Assembly (NCBI GenBank): GCA_964016885.1
Contig: OZ024752.1
Coordinates: 20,584,001-20,648,000 of the forward strand
Origin: Eledone cirrhosa
Lineage: Eukaryota
Direction: 5' to 3'
DNA length: 64,000 nt
Shown here one piece after another: positions 10,285 through 23,700 of the stretch; within the stretch, counting starts at the first letter, position 1; every line of letters begins with the position of its first letter. The notes under the pieces were generated by a model. It was not told the DNA's origin, searched no databases, and was given only the letters and a program-made list of their open reading frames with translations. A program made the position numbers and the translations under genes.

Positions 10285-11461
10285 TAACCTCCCGCCAGAA
10301 TTTTAGTGTATAAAAATCGAAATGAAAATATGTAGCAAGTTGGCGAGAATGTTGTAACAGGCATGAAAATTACGAAAGAATGTTTGGAAAAATCAATGAT
10401 AGATATCAAGGTAGCCAACCGCTCTTGGCCAGAGAACGACTGGACATCCATCTATCCATCACCCAAAGATACAATGTAATAAAGTAAAAGTAATAGAAGA
10501 GCTCAAAGTTCAAAATATAGTTCACAGGTGTGCAATCACATGACAGCAGGAAAGAAAGTGTGTTCCAGAGAATGAATGCAGGTGGTTTCTGTTCTGTGGT
10601 ACATCGTGAAATTTCCAACCTCCGAATGGATTTTCTCACAGGAAGAGTGCTGCAAAAATAAATTCTCTGGCTTTGGTGAAGCTGTGTTGATGTATTGCTG
10701 TTGCTGTTATATTGCTGTTGCTGCTGCTGTTGTCTCGCTGAGTGAGCGTATTCGGTGTTTAAATTCACAGTAAAAAAATTTTTTTTTAGAAAAAAATGAG
10801 TTGCGCAAAGTGCTAGAAATAGCAGCCGAAGTTGATGGTCGATGTTGAGAATGCGTTGACCTGGAAGGGTCAAGAGGCCAGCGACCAGAGAAATAAGCAT
10901 TCTTAATAAATGCGCGGTTATCAACGGTAAATTTACATTGTAAATTTATAAACCGGCAAATAGAAGAATATAGCTTAAGGCTGAAGAATCCCTGGTGATA
11001 AATGGCGTGCGGCTGTCTGTGAGTAAGAGACATCTCAGTGAATCGAGAATTTATGCTGCCTACACGTGCCAATACAAGGTTGAAAAAAAATATTTCTAAC
11101 GCGCGAGAAAATGATAGTGCAATTTTGAAAGTGACAATGATGAAAAAGAAAAGCTTCAATCAGCATAATTATAGGTGTGAACTTTTGGAAAAAAAAAAAA
11201 AAAAAAAAACTTGAACGATGAAGAAAACGAAGAACAAAAGGCAATGGTTCATCGAAAATAAATGTTCCTGTTGAAATGTTTTTTAAAGAATATCAAATTT
11301 CTTTTTTTTTTTTTTGTGTGTGTTTTGAAAGAGTTCGTTGTAAGAAACGAGAAACATATATATATATCGTGAAATGTTTTTTTTGTTTTGAAAGTGTTCG
11401 TTGTAAGAAACGAGAAACATATATATATATATTGGTGAAATGCGACAGTTAATTGATGCGT

Positions 11462-11786
11462 ATGTTTGCGTATATAATATTTAATTAACGGTAGATAGAA
11501 TACTTGACATGTCAAAGATAGATGTTAGAATGAAACAAAGTTAGTAGTTACCGTTTTGATTGCCAGGCAAACGCGGCTGGCAGAGGGCGCCTGGCTAAGG
11601 CCAGGCGCCTGTTGGCCAAATTAATGGCAGAGCCAAATGAGAAGACTCTTGACCTGGTGCCGAAAAGGCAAAGAGAGAGGAAGGAAGCTTAACGTTGTTA
11701 GTTTTATAGGGCTCTGACCGGAAGTTGCAGAAAGGGTTCCACTTCCCGTCTAGATCCCAATCAAAACAAGGGAGACAACCGCTACA
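11462..11786 (-). repeat. 5' LTR lacking the last 43 bp (putative U5)
   Basis: Identical to 9960-10284. Identity stops 18 nt downstream of ATTAAA on the minus strand. Confidence 0.8.
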
Positions 11787-14700
11787 ACACTATCTCTTCC
11801 CTTACACTAGTCACACTATCTCCCTTACACTAGTTACACTATCTCCTCCCTTACACTAGTTACACTATCTCCTCCCTTACACTAGTTACACTATCTCCTC
11901 CCTTACACTAGTTACACTATCTCTCCCCTTACACTAGTTACACTATCTCTTCCCTTACACTAGTCACACTATCTCCCTTACACTAGTTACACTATCTCCT
12001 ACCTTACACTAGTTACTCCATCTCCTCCCTTACACTAGTCACACTAACTCCCTTACACTAGTTACACTATCTCCTCCCTTACACTAGTTACTCCATCTCC
12101 TCCCTTACACTAGTCACACTATCTCCCTTACACTAGTTACGCTATCTCCTCCCTTACACTAGTCACACTATCTCCCTTACACTAGTTACACTATCTCCTC
12201 CCTTACACTAGTCACACTATCTCCTCCCTTACACTAGTTACACTATCTCCCTTACACTAGTTACACTATCTCCTCCCTTACACTAGCCACACTATCTCCC
12301 TTACACTAGTTACACTATCTCCTCCCTTACACTAGTTACTCCATCTCCTCCCTTACACTAGTCACACTATCTCCCTTACACTAGTTACGCTATCTCCTCC
12401 CTTACACTAGTCACACTATCTCCCTTACACTAGTTACACTATCTCCTCCCTTACACTAGTCACACTATCTCCTCCCTTACACTAGTTACACTATCTCCCT
12501 TACACTAGTTACACTATCTCCTCCCTTACACTAGCCACACTATCTCTTCCCTTACACTAGTCACACTATCTCCCTTACACTAGTCACACTATCTCCTCCC
12601 TTACACTAGTTACACTATCTCCTCCCTTACACTAGTTACACTATCTCCTCCCTTACACTAGTTACACTATCTCTTCCCTTACACTAGTTACACTATCTCT
12701 TCCCTTACACTAGTCACACTATCTCCCTTACACTAGTTACACTATCTCCTCCCTTACACTAGTTACACTATCTCTTCCCTTACACTAGTCACACTATCTC
12801 CTCCCTTACACTAGTCACACTATCTCCCTTATACTAGTTACACTATCTCCTCCCTTACACTAGTTACACTATCTCCTCCCTTACACTAGTTACACTATCA
12901 CCTCCCTTACACTAGTTACACTATCTCTTCCCTTACGCTAGTTACACTATCTCCTCCCTTACACTAGTTACACTATCTCCCTTACACTAGTTACACTATC
13001 TCTTCCCTTACACTAGTCACACTATCTCCCTTACACTAGTTACACTATCTCCTCCCTTACACTAGTCACACTATCTCCTCCCTTACACTAGTTACACTAT
13101 CTCCTCCCTTACACTAGTTACACTATCTCTTCCCTTACACTAGTCACACTATCTCCTCCCTTACACTAGTCACACTATCTCCCTTACACTAGTTACACTA
13201 TCTCCTCCCTTACACTAGTTACACTATCTCCTCCCTTACACTAGTTACACTATCTCTTCCCTTACACTAGTTACACTATAGCGAGATTACAGTAGTTACA
13301 CTATCTCCCTTACACTAGTTACACTATCTCTTCCCTTACACTAGTCACACTATCTCCCTTACACTAGTTACACTATCTCCTCCCTTACACTAGTTACACT
13401 ATCTCCTCCCTTACACTAGTTACACTATCTCCTCCCTTACACTAGTTACACTATCTCTTCCCTTACACTAGTTACACTATCTCTTCCCTTACACTAGTCA
13501 CACTATCTCCCTTACACTAGTTACACTATCTCCCTTACACTAGTTACATTATCTCCTCCCTTACACTAGTCACACTATCTCCCTTACACTAGTTACACTA
13601 TCTCCTCCCTTACACTAGTTACACTATCTCCTCCCTTACACTAGTTACACTATCTCCTCCCTTACACTAGTCACACTATCTCCTCCCTTACACTAGTTAC
13701 ACTATCTCCTCCCTTACACTAGTTACACTATCTCCTCCCTTACACTAGTTACACTATCTCTTCCCTTACACTAGTCACACTATCTCCTCCCTTACACTAG
13801 TCACACTATCTCCCTTACACTAGTTACACTATCTCCTCCCTTACACTAGTTACACTATCTCCTCCCTTACACTAGTCACACTATCTCCCTTACACTAGTT
13901 ACACTATCTCCTCCCTTACACTAGTTACACTATCTCCTCCCTTACACTGTCACACTATCTCCCTTACACTAGTCACACTATCTCCTCCCTTACACTAGTT
14001 ACACTATCTCCTCCCTTACACTAGTCACACTATCACTTCCCTTACACTAGTTACACTATCTCCTCCCTTACACTAGTCACACTATCTCCTCCCTTACACT
14101 AGTCACACTATCTCCCTTACACTAGTTACACTATCTCCTCCCTTACACTAGTTACACTATCTCCTCCCTTACACTAGTCACACTATCTCCCTTACACTAG
14201 TTACACTATCTCCTCCCTTACACTAGTTACACTATCTCCTCCCTTACACTAGTCACACTATCTCCCTTACACTAGTTACACTATCTCCTCCCTTACACTA
14301 GTTACACTATCTCCTCCCTTACACTAGTTACACTATCTCCTCCCTTACACTAGTCACACTATCTCTTCCCTTACACTAGTTACACTATCTCCTCCCTTAC
14401 ACTAGTTACACTATCTCTTCCCTTACACTAGTTACACTATCTCTTCCCTTACACTAGTCACACTATCTCCCTTACACTAGTTACACTATCTCCTCCCTTA
14501 CACTAGTTACACTATCTCCTCCCTTACATTAGTTACACTATCTCCTCCCTTACACTAGTTACACTATCTCTTCCCTTACACTAGTCACACTATCTCCTCC
14601 CTTACACTAGTCACACTATCTCCCTTACACTAGTTACACTATCTCCTCCCTTACACTAGTTACACTATCTCCCTTACACTAGTCACACTATCTCCTCCCT

Positions 14701-17700
14701 TACACTAGTTACACTATCTCCTCCCTTACACTAGTCACACTATCTCCCTTACACTAGTCACACTATCTCCCTTACACTAGTTACACTATCTCCTCCCTTA
14801 CACTAGTTACACTATCTCCTCCCTTACACTAGTCACACTATCTCCTCCCTTACACTAGTCACACTATCTCCCTTACACTAGTTACACTATCTCCTCCCTT
14901 ACACTAGTTACACTATCTCCTCCCTTACACTAGTTACACTATCTCCCTCCTTACACTAGTTACACTATCTCCTCCCTTACACTAGTTACACTATCTCCCT
15001 TACACTAGTTACACTATCTCCTCCCTTACACTAGTTACACTATCTCCTCCCTTACACTAGTTACACTATCTCCTCTCTTACACTAGTTACACTAACTCTT
15101 CCCTTACACTAGTCACACTATCTCCCTTACACTAGTTACACTATCTCCTCCCTTACACTAGTTACACTATCTCCTCCCTTACACTAGTTACACTATCTCC
15201 TCCCTTACACTAGTTACACTATCTCCTCCCTTACACTAGTTACACTATCTCCTCCCTTACACTAGTTACACTATCTCCTCCCTTACACTAGTTACACTAT
15301 CTCCTCCCTTACACTAGTTACACTATCTCCTCCCTTACACTAGTCACACTATCTCCTCCCTTACACTAGTTACACTATCTCCTCCCTTACACTAGTCACA
15401 CTATCTCCTCCCTTACACTAGTTACACTATCTCCTCCCTTACACTAGTTACACTATCTCCTCCCTTACACTAGTTACACTATTTCTTCCCTTACACTAGT
15501 TACACTATCTCCTCCCTTACACTAGTCACACTATCTCCTCCCTTACACTAGTTACACTATCTCCTCCCTTACACTAGTTACACTATCTCCTCCCTTACAC
15601 TAGTTACACTATCTCTTCCCTTACACTAGTCACACTATCTCCTCCCTTACACTAGTCACACTATCTCCCTTACACTAGTTACACTATCTCCTCCCTTACA
15701 CTAGTTACACTATCTCCTCCCTTACACTAGTCACACTATCTCCCTTACACTAGTTACACTATCTCCTCCCTTACACTAGTTACACTATCTCCTCCCTTAC
15801 ACTGTCACACTATCTCCCTTACACTAGTCACACTATCTCCTCCCTTACACTAGTTACACTATCTCCTCCCTTACACTAGTCACACTATCACTTCCCTTAC
15901 ACTAGTTACACTATCTCCCTTACACTAGTCACACTATCTCCTCCCTTACACTGGTCACACTATCTCCTCCCTTACACTAGTCACACTATCTCCCTTACAC
16001 TAGTTACACTATCTCCTCCCTTACACTAGTTACACTATCTCCTCCCTTACACTAGTCACACTATCTCCCTTACACTAGTTACACTATCTCCTCCCTTACA
16101 CTAGTTACACTATCTCCTCCCTTACACTAGTCACACTATCTCCCTTACACTAGTCACACTATCTCCTCCCTTACACTAGTTACACTATCTCCTCCCTTAC
16201 ACTAGTTACACTATCTCCTCCCTTACACTAGTTACACTATCTCCTCCCTTACACTAGTCACACTATCTCCTCCCTTACACTAGTTACACTATCTCCTCCC
16301 TTACACTAGTTACACTATCTCCTCCCTTACACTAGTTACACTATCTCTTCCCTTACACTAGTCACACTATCTCCTCCCTTACACTAGTCACACTATCTCC
16401 CTTACACTAGTTACACTATCTCCTCCCTTACACTAGTTACACTATCTCCTCCCTTACACTAGTCACACTATCTCCCTTACACTAGTTACACTATCTCCTC
16501 CCTTACACTAGTTACACTATCTCCTCCCTTACACTGTCACACTATCTCCCTTACACTAGTCACACTATCTCCTCCCTTACACTAGTTACACTATCTCCTC
16601 CCTTACACTAGTCACACTATCACTTCCCTTACACTAGTTACACTATCTCCTCCCTTACACTAGTCACACTATCTCCTCCCTTACACTAGTCACACTATCT
16701 CCCTTACACTAGTTACACTATCTCCTCCCTTACACTAGTTACACTATCTCCTCCCTTACACTAGTCACACTATCTCCCTTACACTAGTTACACTATCTCC
16801 TCCCTTACACTAGTTACACTATCTCCTCCCTTACACTAGTCACACTATCTCCCTTACACTAGTTACACTATCTCCTCCCTTACACTAGTTACACTATCTC
16901 CTCCCTTACACTAGTTACACTATCTCCTCCCTTACACTAGTCACACTATCTCTTCCCTTACACTAGTTACACTATCTCCTCCCTTACACTAGTTACACTA
17001 TCTCTTCCCTTACACTAGTTACACTATCTCTTCCCTTACACTAGTCACACTATCTCCCTTACACTAGTTACACTATCTCCTCCCTTACACTAGTTACACT
17101 ATCTCCTCCCTTACATTAGTTACACTATCTCCTCCCTTACACTAGTTACACTATCTCTTCCCTTACACTAGTCACACTATCTCCTCCCTTACACTAGTCA
17201 CACTATCTCCCTTACACTAGTTACACTATCTCCTCCCTTACACTAGTTACACTATCTCCCTTACACTAGTCACACTATCTCCTCCCTTACACTAGTTACA
17301 CTATCTCCTCCCTTACACTAGTCACACTATCTCCCTTACACTAGTCACACTATCTCCCTTACACTAGTTACACTATCTCCTCCCTTACACTAGTTACACT
17401 ATCTCCTCCCTTACACTAGTCACACTATCTCCTCCCTTACACTAGTCACACTATCTCCCTTACACTAGTTACACTATCTCCTCCCTTACACTAGTTACAC
17501 TATCTCCTCCCTTACACTAGTTACACTATCTCCCTCCTTACACTAGTTACACTATCTCCTCCCTTACACTAGTTACACTATCTCCCTTACACTAGTTACA
17601 CTATCTCCTCCCTTACACTAGTTACACTATCTCCTCCCTTACACTAGTTACACTATCTCCTCTCTTACACTAGTTACACTAACTCTTCCCTTACACTAGT

Positions 17701-20700
17701 CACACTATCTCCCTTACACTAGTTACACTATCTCCTCCCTTACACTAGTTACACTATCTCCTCCCTTACACTAGTTACACTATCTCCTCCCTTACACTAG
17801 TTACACTATCTCCTCCCTTACACTAGTTACACTATCTCCTCCCTTACACTAGTTACACTATCTCCTCCCTTACACTAGTTACACTATCTCCTCCCTTACA
17901 CTAGTTACACTATCTCCTCCCTTACACTAGTCACACTATCTCCTCCCTTACACTAGTTACACTATCTCCTCCCTTACACTAGTCACACTATCTCCTCCCT
18001 TACACTAGTTACACTATCTCCTCCCTTACACTAGTTACACTATCTCCTCCCTTACACTAGTTACACTATTTCTTCCCTTACACTAGTTACACTATCTCCT
18101 CCCTTACACTAGTCACACTATCTCCTCCCTTACACTAGTTACACTATCTCCTCCCTTACACTAGTTACACTATCTCCTCCCTTACACTAGTTACACTATC
18201 TCTTCCCTTACACTAGTCACACTATCTCCTCCCTTACACTAGTCACACTATCTCCCTTACACTAGTTACACTATCTCCTCCCTTACACTAGTTACACTAT
18301 CTCCTCCCTTACACTAGTCACACTATCTCCCTTACACTAGTTACACTATCTCCTCCCTTACACTAGTTACACTATCTCCTCCCTTACACTGTCACACTAT
18401 CTCCCTTACACTAGTCACACTATCTCCTCCCTTACACTAGTTACACTATCTCCTCCCTTACACTAGTCACACTATCACTTCCCTTACACTAGTTACACTA
18501 TCTCCCTTACACTAGTCACACTATCTCCTCCCTTACACTGGTCACACTATCTCCTCCCTTACACTAGTCACACTATCTCCCTTACACTAGTTACACTATC
18601 TCCTCCCTTACACTAGTTACACTATCTCCTCCCTTACACTAGTCACACTATCTCCCTTACACTAGTTACACTATCTCCTCCCTTACACTAGTTACACTAT
18701 CTCCTCCCTTACACTAGTCACACTATCTCCCTTACACTAGTCACACTATCTCCTCCCTTACACTAGTTACACTATCTCCTCCCTTACACTAGTTACACTA
18801 TCTCCTCCCTTACACTAGTCACACTATCTCTTCCCTTACACTAGTTACACTATCTCCCTTACACTAGTCACACTATCTCCTCCCTTACACTAGTCACACT
18901 ATCTCCTCCCTTACACTAGTCACACTATCTCCCTTACACTAGTTACACTATCTCCTCCCTTACACTAGTCACACTATCTCTCTTACACTAGTTACACTAT
19001 CTCCTCCCTTACACTAGTCACACTATCTCCTCCCTTACACTAGTTACACTATCTCTTCCCTTACACTAGTCACACTATCTCCTCCCTGACACTAGTCACA
19101 CTATCTCCCTTACACTAGTTACACTATCTCCTCCCTTACACTAGTTACTCCATCTCCTCCCTTACACTAGTCACACTATCTCCCTTACACTAGTTACACT
19201 ATCTCCTCCCTTACACTAGTTACTCCATCTCCTCCCTTACACTAGTCACACTATCTCCCTTACACTAGTTACGCTATCTCCTCCCTTACACTAGTCACAC
19301 TATCTCCCTTACACTAGTTACACTATCTCCTCCCTTACACTAGTTACACTATCTCTTCCCTTACACTAGTTACACTATCTCTTCCCTTACACTAGTTACA
19401 CTATCTCTTCCCTTACACTAGTCACACTATCTCCCTTACACTAGTTACACTATCTCCTCCCTTACACTAGTTACACTATCTCCTCCATTACACTAGTTAC
19501 ACTATCTCCTCCCTTACACTAGTCACACTATCTCCTCCCTTACACTAGTTACACTATCTCCTCCCTTACACTAGTTACACTATCTCCTCCCTTACACTAG
19601 TTACACTATCTCTTCCCTTACACTAGTTACACTATCTCCTCCCTTACACTAGTTACACTATCTCCTCCCTTACACTAGTTACACTATCTCCTCCCTTACA
19701 CTAGTTACACTATCTCCTCCCTTACACTAGTTACACTATCTCTTCCCTTACACTAGTTACACTATCTCTTCCCTTACACTAGTCACACTATCTCCCTTAC
19801 ACTAGTTACACTATCTCCTCCCTTACACTAGTTACACTATCTCCTCCCTTACACTAGTTACACTATCTCCTCCCTTACACTAGTTACACTATCTCCTCCT
19901 TTACACTAGTTACACTATCTCTTCCCTTACACTAGTCACACTATCTCCTCCCTTACAATAGTCACACTATCACCCTTACACTAGTTACACTATCTCCTCC
20001 CTTACACTAGTCACACTATCTCCTCCCTTACACTAGTTACACTATCTCCTCCCGTACACTAGTCACACTATCTCCCTTACACTAGTCACACTATCTCCTC
20101 CCTTACACTAGTCACACTATCTCCCTTACACTAATTACGCTATCTCCTCCCTTACACTAGTCACACTATCTCCCTTACACTAGTCACACTATCTCCTCCC
20201 TTACACTAGTCACACTATCTCCTCCCTTACACTAGTCACACTATCTCCTCCCTTACACTAGTTACACTATCTCCTCCCTTACACTAGTTACACTATCTCC
20301 TCCCTTACACTAGTTACACTATCTCTTCCCTTACACTAGTTACACTATCTCCTCCCTTACACTAGTCACACTATCTCCCTTACACTAGTCACACTATATC
20401 CTCCCTTACACTAGTCACACTATCTCCTCCCTTACACTAGTCACACTATCTCCCTTACACTAGTTACACTATCTCCTCCCTTACACTAGTTACACTATCT
20501 CCTCCCTTACACTAGTCACACTATCTCCCTTACACTAGTTACACTATCTCCTCCCTTACACTAGTTACACTATCTCCTCCCTTACACTGTCACACTATCT
20601 CCCTTACACTAGTCACACTATCTCCTCCCTTACACTAGTTACACTATCTCCTCCCTTACACTAGTCACACTATCACTTCCCTTACACTAGTTACACTATC

Positions 20701-23700
20701 TCCCTTACACTAGTCACACTATCTCCTCCCTTACACTGGTCACACTATCTCCTCCCTTACACTAGTCACACTATCTCCCTTACACTAGTTACACTATCTC
20801 CTCCCTTACACTAGTTACACTATCTCCTCCCTTACACTAGTCACACTATCTCCCTTACACTAGTTACACTATCTCCTCCCTTACACTAGTTACACTATCT
20901 CCTCCCTTACACTAGTCACACTATCTCCCTTACACTAGTCACACTATCTCCTCCCTTACACTAGTTACACTATCTCCTCCCTTACACTAGTTACACTATC
21001 TCCTCCCTTACACTAGTCACACTATCTCTTCCCTTACACTAGTTACACTATCTCCCTTACACTAGTCACACTATCTCCTCCCTTACACTATTCACACTAT
21101 CTCCTCCCTTACACTAGTCACACTATCTCCCTTACACTAGTTACACTATCTCCTCCCTTACACTAGTCACACTATCTCCCTTACACTAGTTACACTATCT
21201 CCTCCCTTACACTAGTCACACTATCTCCTCCCTTACACTAGTTACACTATCTCTTCCCTTACACTAGTCACACTATCTCCTCCCTGACACTAGTCACACT
21301 ATCTCCCTTACACTAGTTACACTATCTCCTCCCTTACACTAGTTACTCCATCTCCTCCCTTACACTAGTCACACTATCTCCCTTACACTAGTTACACTAT
21401 CTCCTCCCTTACACTAGTTACTCCATCTCCTCCCTTACACTAGTCACACTATCTCCCTTACACTAGTTACGCTATCTCCTCCCTTACACTAGTCACACTA
21501 TCTCCCTTACACTAGTTACACTATCTCCTCCCTTACACTAGTTACACTATCTCCTCCCTTACACTAGTTACACTATCTCTTCCCTTACACTAGTTACACT
21601 ATCTCTTCCCTTACACTAGTCACACTATCTCCCTTACACTAGTTACACTATCTCCTCCCTTACACTAGTTACACTATCTCCTTCATTACACTAGTTACAC
21701 TATCTCCTCCCTTACACTAGTCACACTATCTCCTCCCTTACACTAGTTACACTATCTCCTCCCTTACACTAGTTACACTATCTCCTCCCTTACACTAGTT
21801 ACACTATCTCTTCCCTTACACTAGTTACACTATCTCCTCCCTTACACTAGTTACACTATCTCCTCCCTTACACTAGTTACACTATCTCCTCCCTTACACT
21901 AGTTACACTATCTCCTCCCTTACACTAGTTACACTATCTCTTCCCTTACACTAGTTACACTATCTCTTCCCTTACACTAGTCACACTATCTCCCTTACAC
22001 TAGTTACACTATCTCCTCCCTTACACTAGTTACACTATCTCCTCCCTTACACTAGTTACACTATCTCCTCCCTTACACTAGTTACACTATCTCCTCCTTT
22101 ACACTAGTTACACTATCTCTTCCCTTACACTAGTCACACTATCTCCTCCCTTACAATAGTCACACTATCACCCTTACACTAGTTACACTATCTCCTCCCT
22201 TACACTAGTCACACTATCTCCTCCCTTACACTAGTTACACTATCTCCTCCCGTACACTAGTCACACTATCTCCCTTACACTAGTCACACTATCTCCTCCC
22301 TTACACTAGTCACACTATCTCCCTTACACTAATTACGCTATCTCCTCCCTTACACTAGTCACACTATCTCCCTTACACTAGTCACACTATCTCCTCCCTT
22401 ACACTAGTCACACTATCTCCTCCCTTACACTAGTCACACTATCTCCTCCCTTACACTAGTTACACTATCTCCTCCCTTACACTAGTTACACTATCTCCTC
22501 CCTTACACTAGTTACACTATCTCTTCCCTTACACTAGTTACACTATCTCCTCCCTTACACTAGTCACACTATCTCCCTTACACTAGTCACACTATCTCCT
22601 CCCTTACACTAGTCACACTATCTCCTCCCTTACACTAGTCACACTATCTCCCTTACACTAGTTACACTATCTCCTCCCTTACACTAGTTACACTATCTCC
22701 TCCCTTACACTAGTCACACTATCTCCCTTACACTAGTTACACTATCTCCTCCCTTACACTAGTCACACTATCTCCTCCCTTACACTAGTCACACTATCTC
22801 CTCCCTTACACTAGTCACACTATCTCCCTTACACTAGTTACACTATCTCCTCCCTTACACTAGTCACACTATCTCCCTTACACTAGTTACACTATCTCCT
22901 CCCTTACACTAGTCACACTATCTCCTCCCTTACACTAGTTACACTATCTCTTCCCTTACACTAGTCACACTATCTCCTCCCTTACACTAGTCACACTATC
23001 TCCCTTACACTAGTTACACTATCTCCTCCCTTACACTAGTTACTCCATCTCCTCCCTTACACTAGTCACACTGTCTCCCTTACACTAGTTACACTATCTC
23101 CTCCCTTACACTAGTCACACTATCTCCTCCCTTACACTAGTTACACTATCTCTTCCCTTACACTAGTCACACTATCTCCTCCCTGACACTAGTCACACTA
23201 TCTCCCTTACACTAGTTACACTATCTCCTCCCTTACACTAGTTACTCCATCTCCTCCCTTACACTAGTCACACTATCTCCCTTACACTAGTTACACTATC
23301 TCCTCCCTTACACTAGTTACTCCATCTCCTCCCTTACACTAGTCACACTATCTCCCTTACACTAGTTACGCTATCTCCTCCCTTACACTAGTCACACTAT
23401 CTCCCTTACACTAGTTACACTATCTCCTCCCTTACACTAGTTACACTATCTCCTCCCTTACACTAGTTACACTATCTCTTCCCTTACACTAGTTACACTA
23501 TCTCTTCCCTTACACTAGTCACACTATCTCCCTTACACTAGTTACACTATCTCCTCCCTTACACTAGTTACACTATCTCCTCCATTACACTAGTTACACT
23601 ATCTCCTCCCTTACACTAGTCACACTATCTCCTCCCTTACACTAGTTACACTATCTCCTCCCTTACACTAGTTACACTATCTCCTCCCTTACACTAGTTA

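Larger units (their letters stand above)
9917..11786 (-). mobile_element. Non-autonomous LTR-type retroelement (1870 bp; 4-bp TSD as in many Gypsy elements) inserted in the satellite
   Basis: Minus-strand termini TGTAGCG...CGCTATA. ACAC TSD at 9913-9916 and 11787-11790. 325-bp direct repeats 9960-10284 and 11462-11786, identical by eye. Purine tract GGCGGGAGGTTA abuts the left repeat on the minus strand. No gag/pol motifs. Confidence 0.85.

Noticed and set aside
10406-11159. Minus-strand ORFs inside the LTR element, including a poly-Q stretch
   Set aside because: No gag, protease, RT or integrase motifs. They cross homopolymer and CAG microsatellite tracts and look like chance ORFs.
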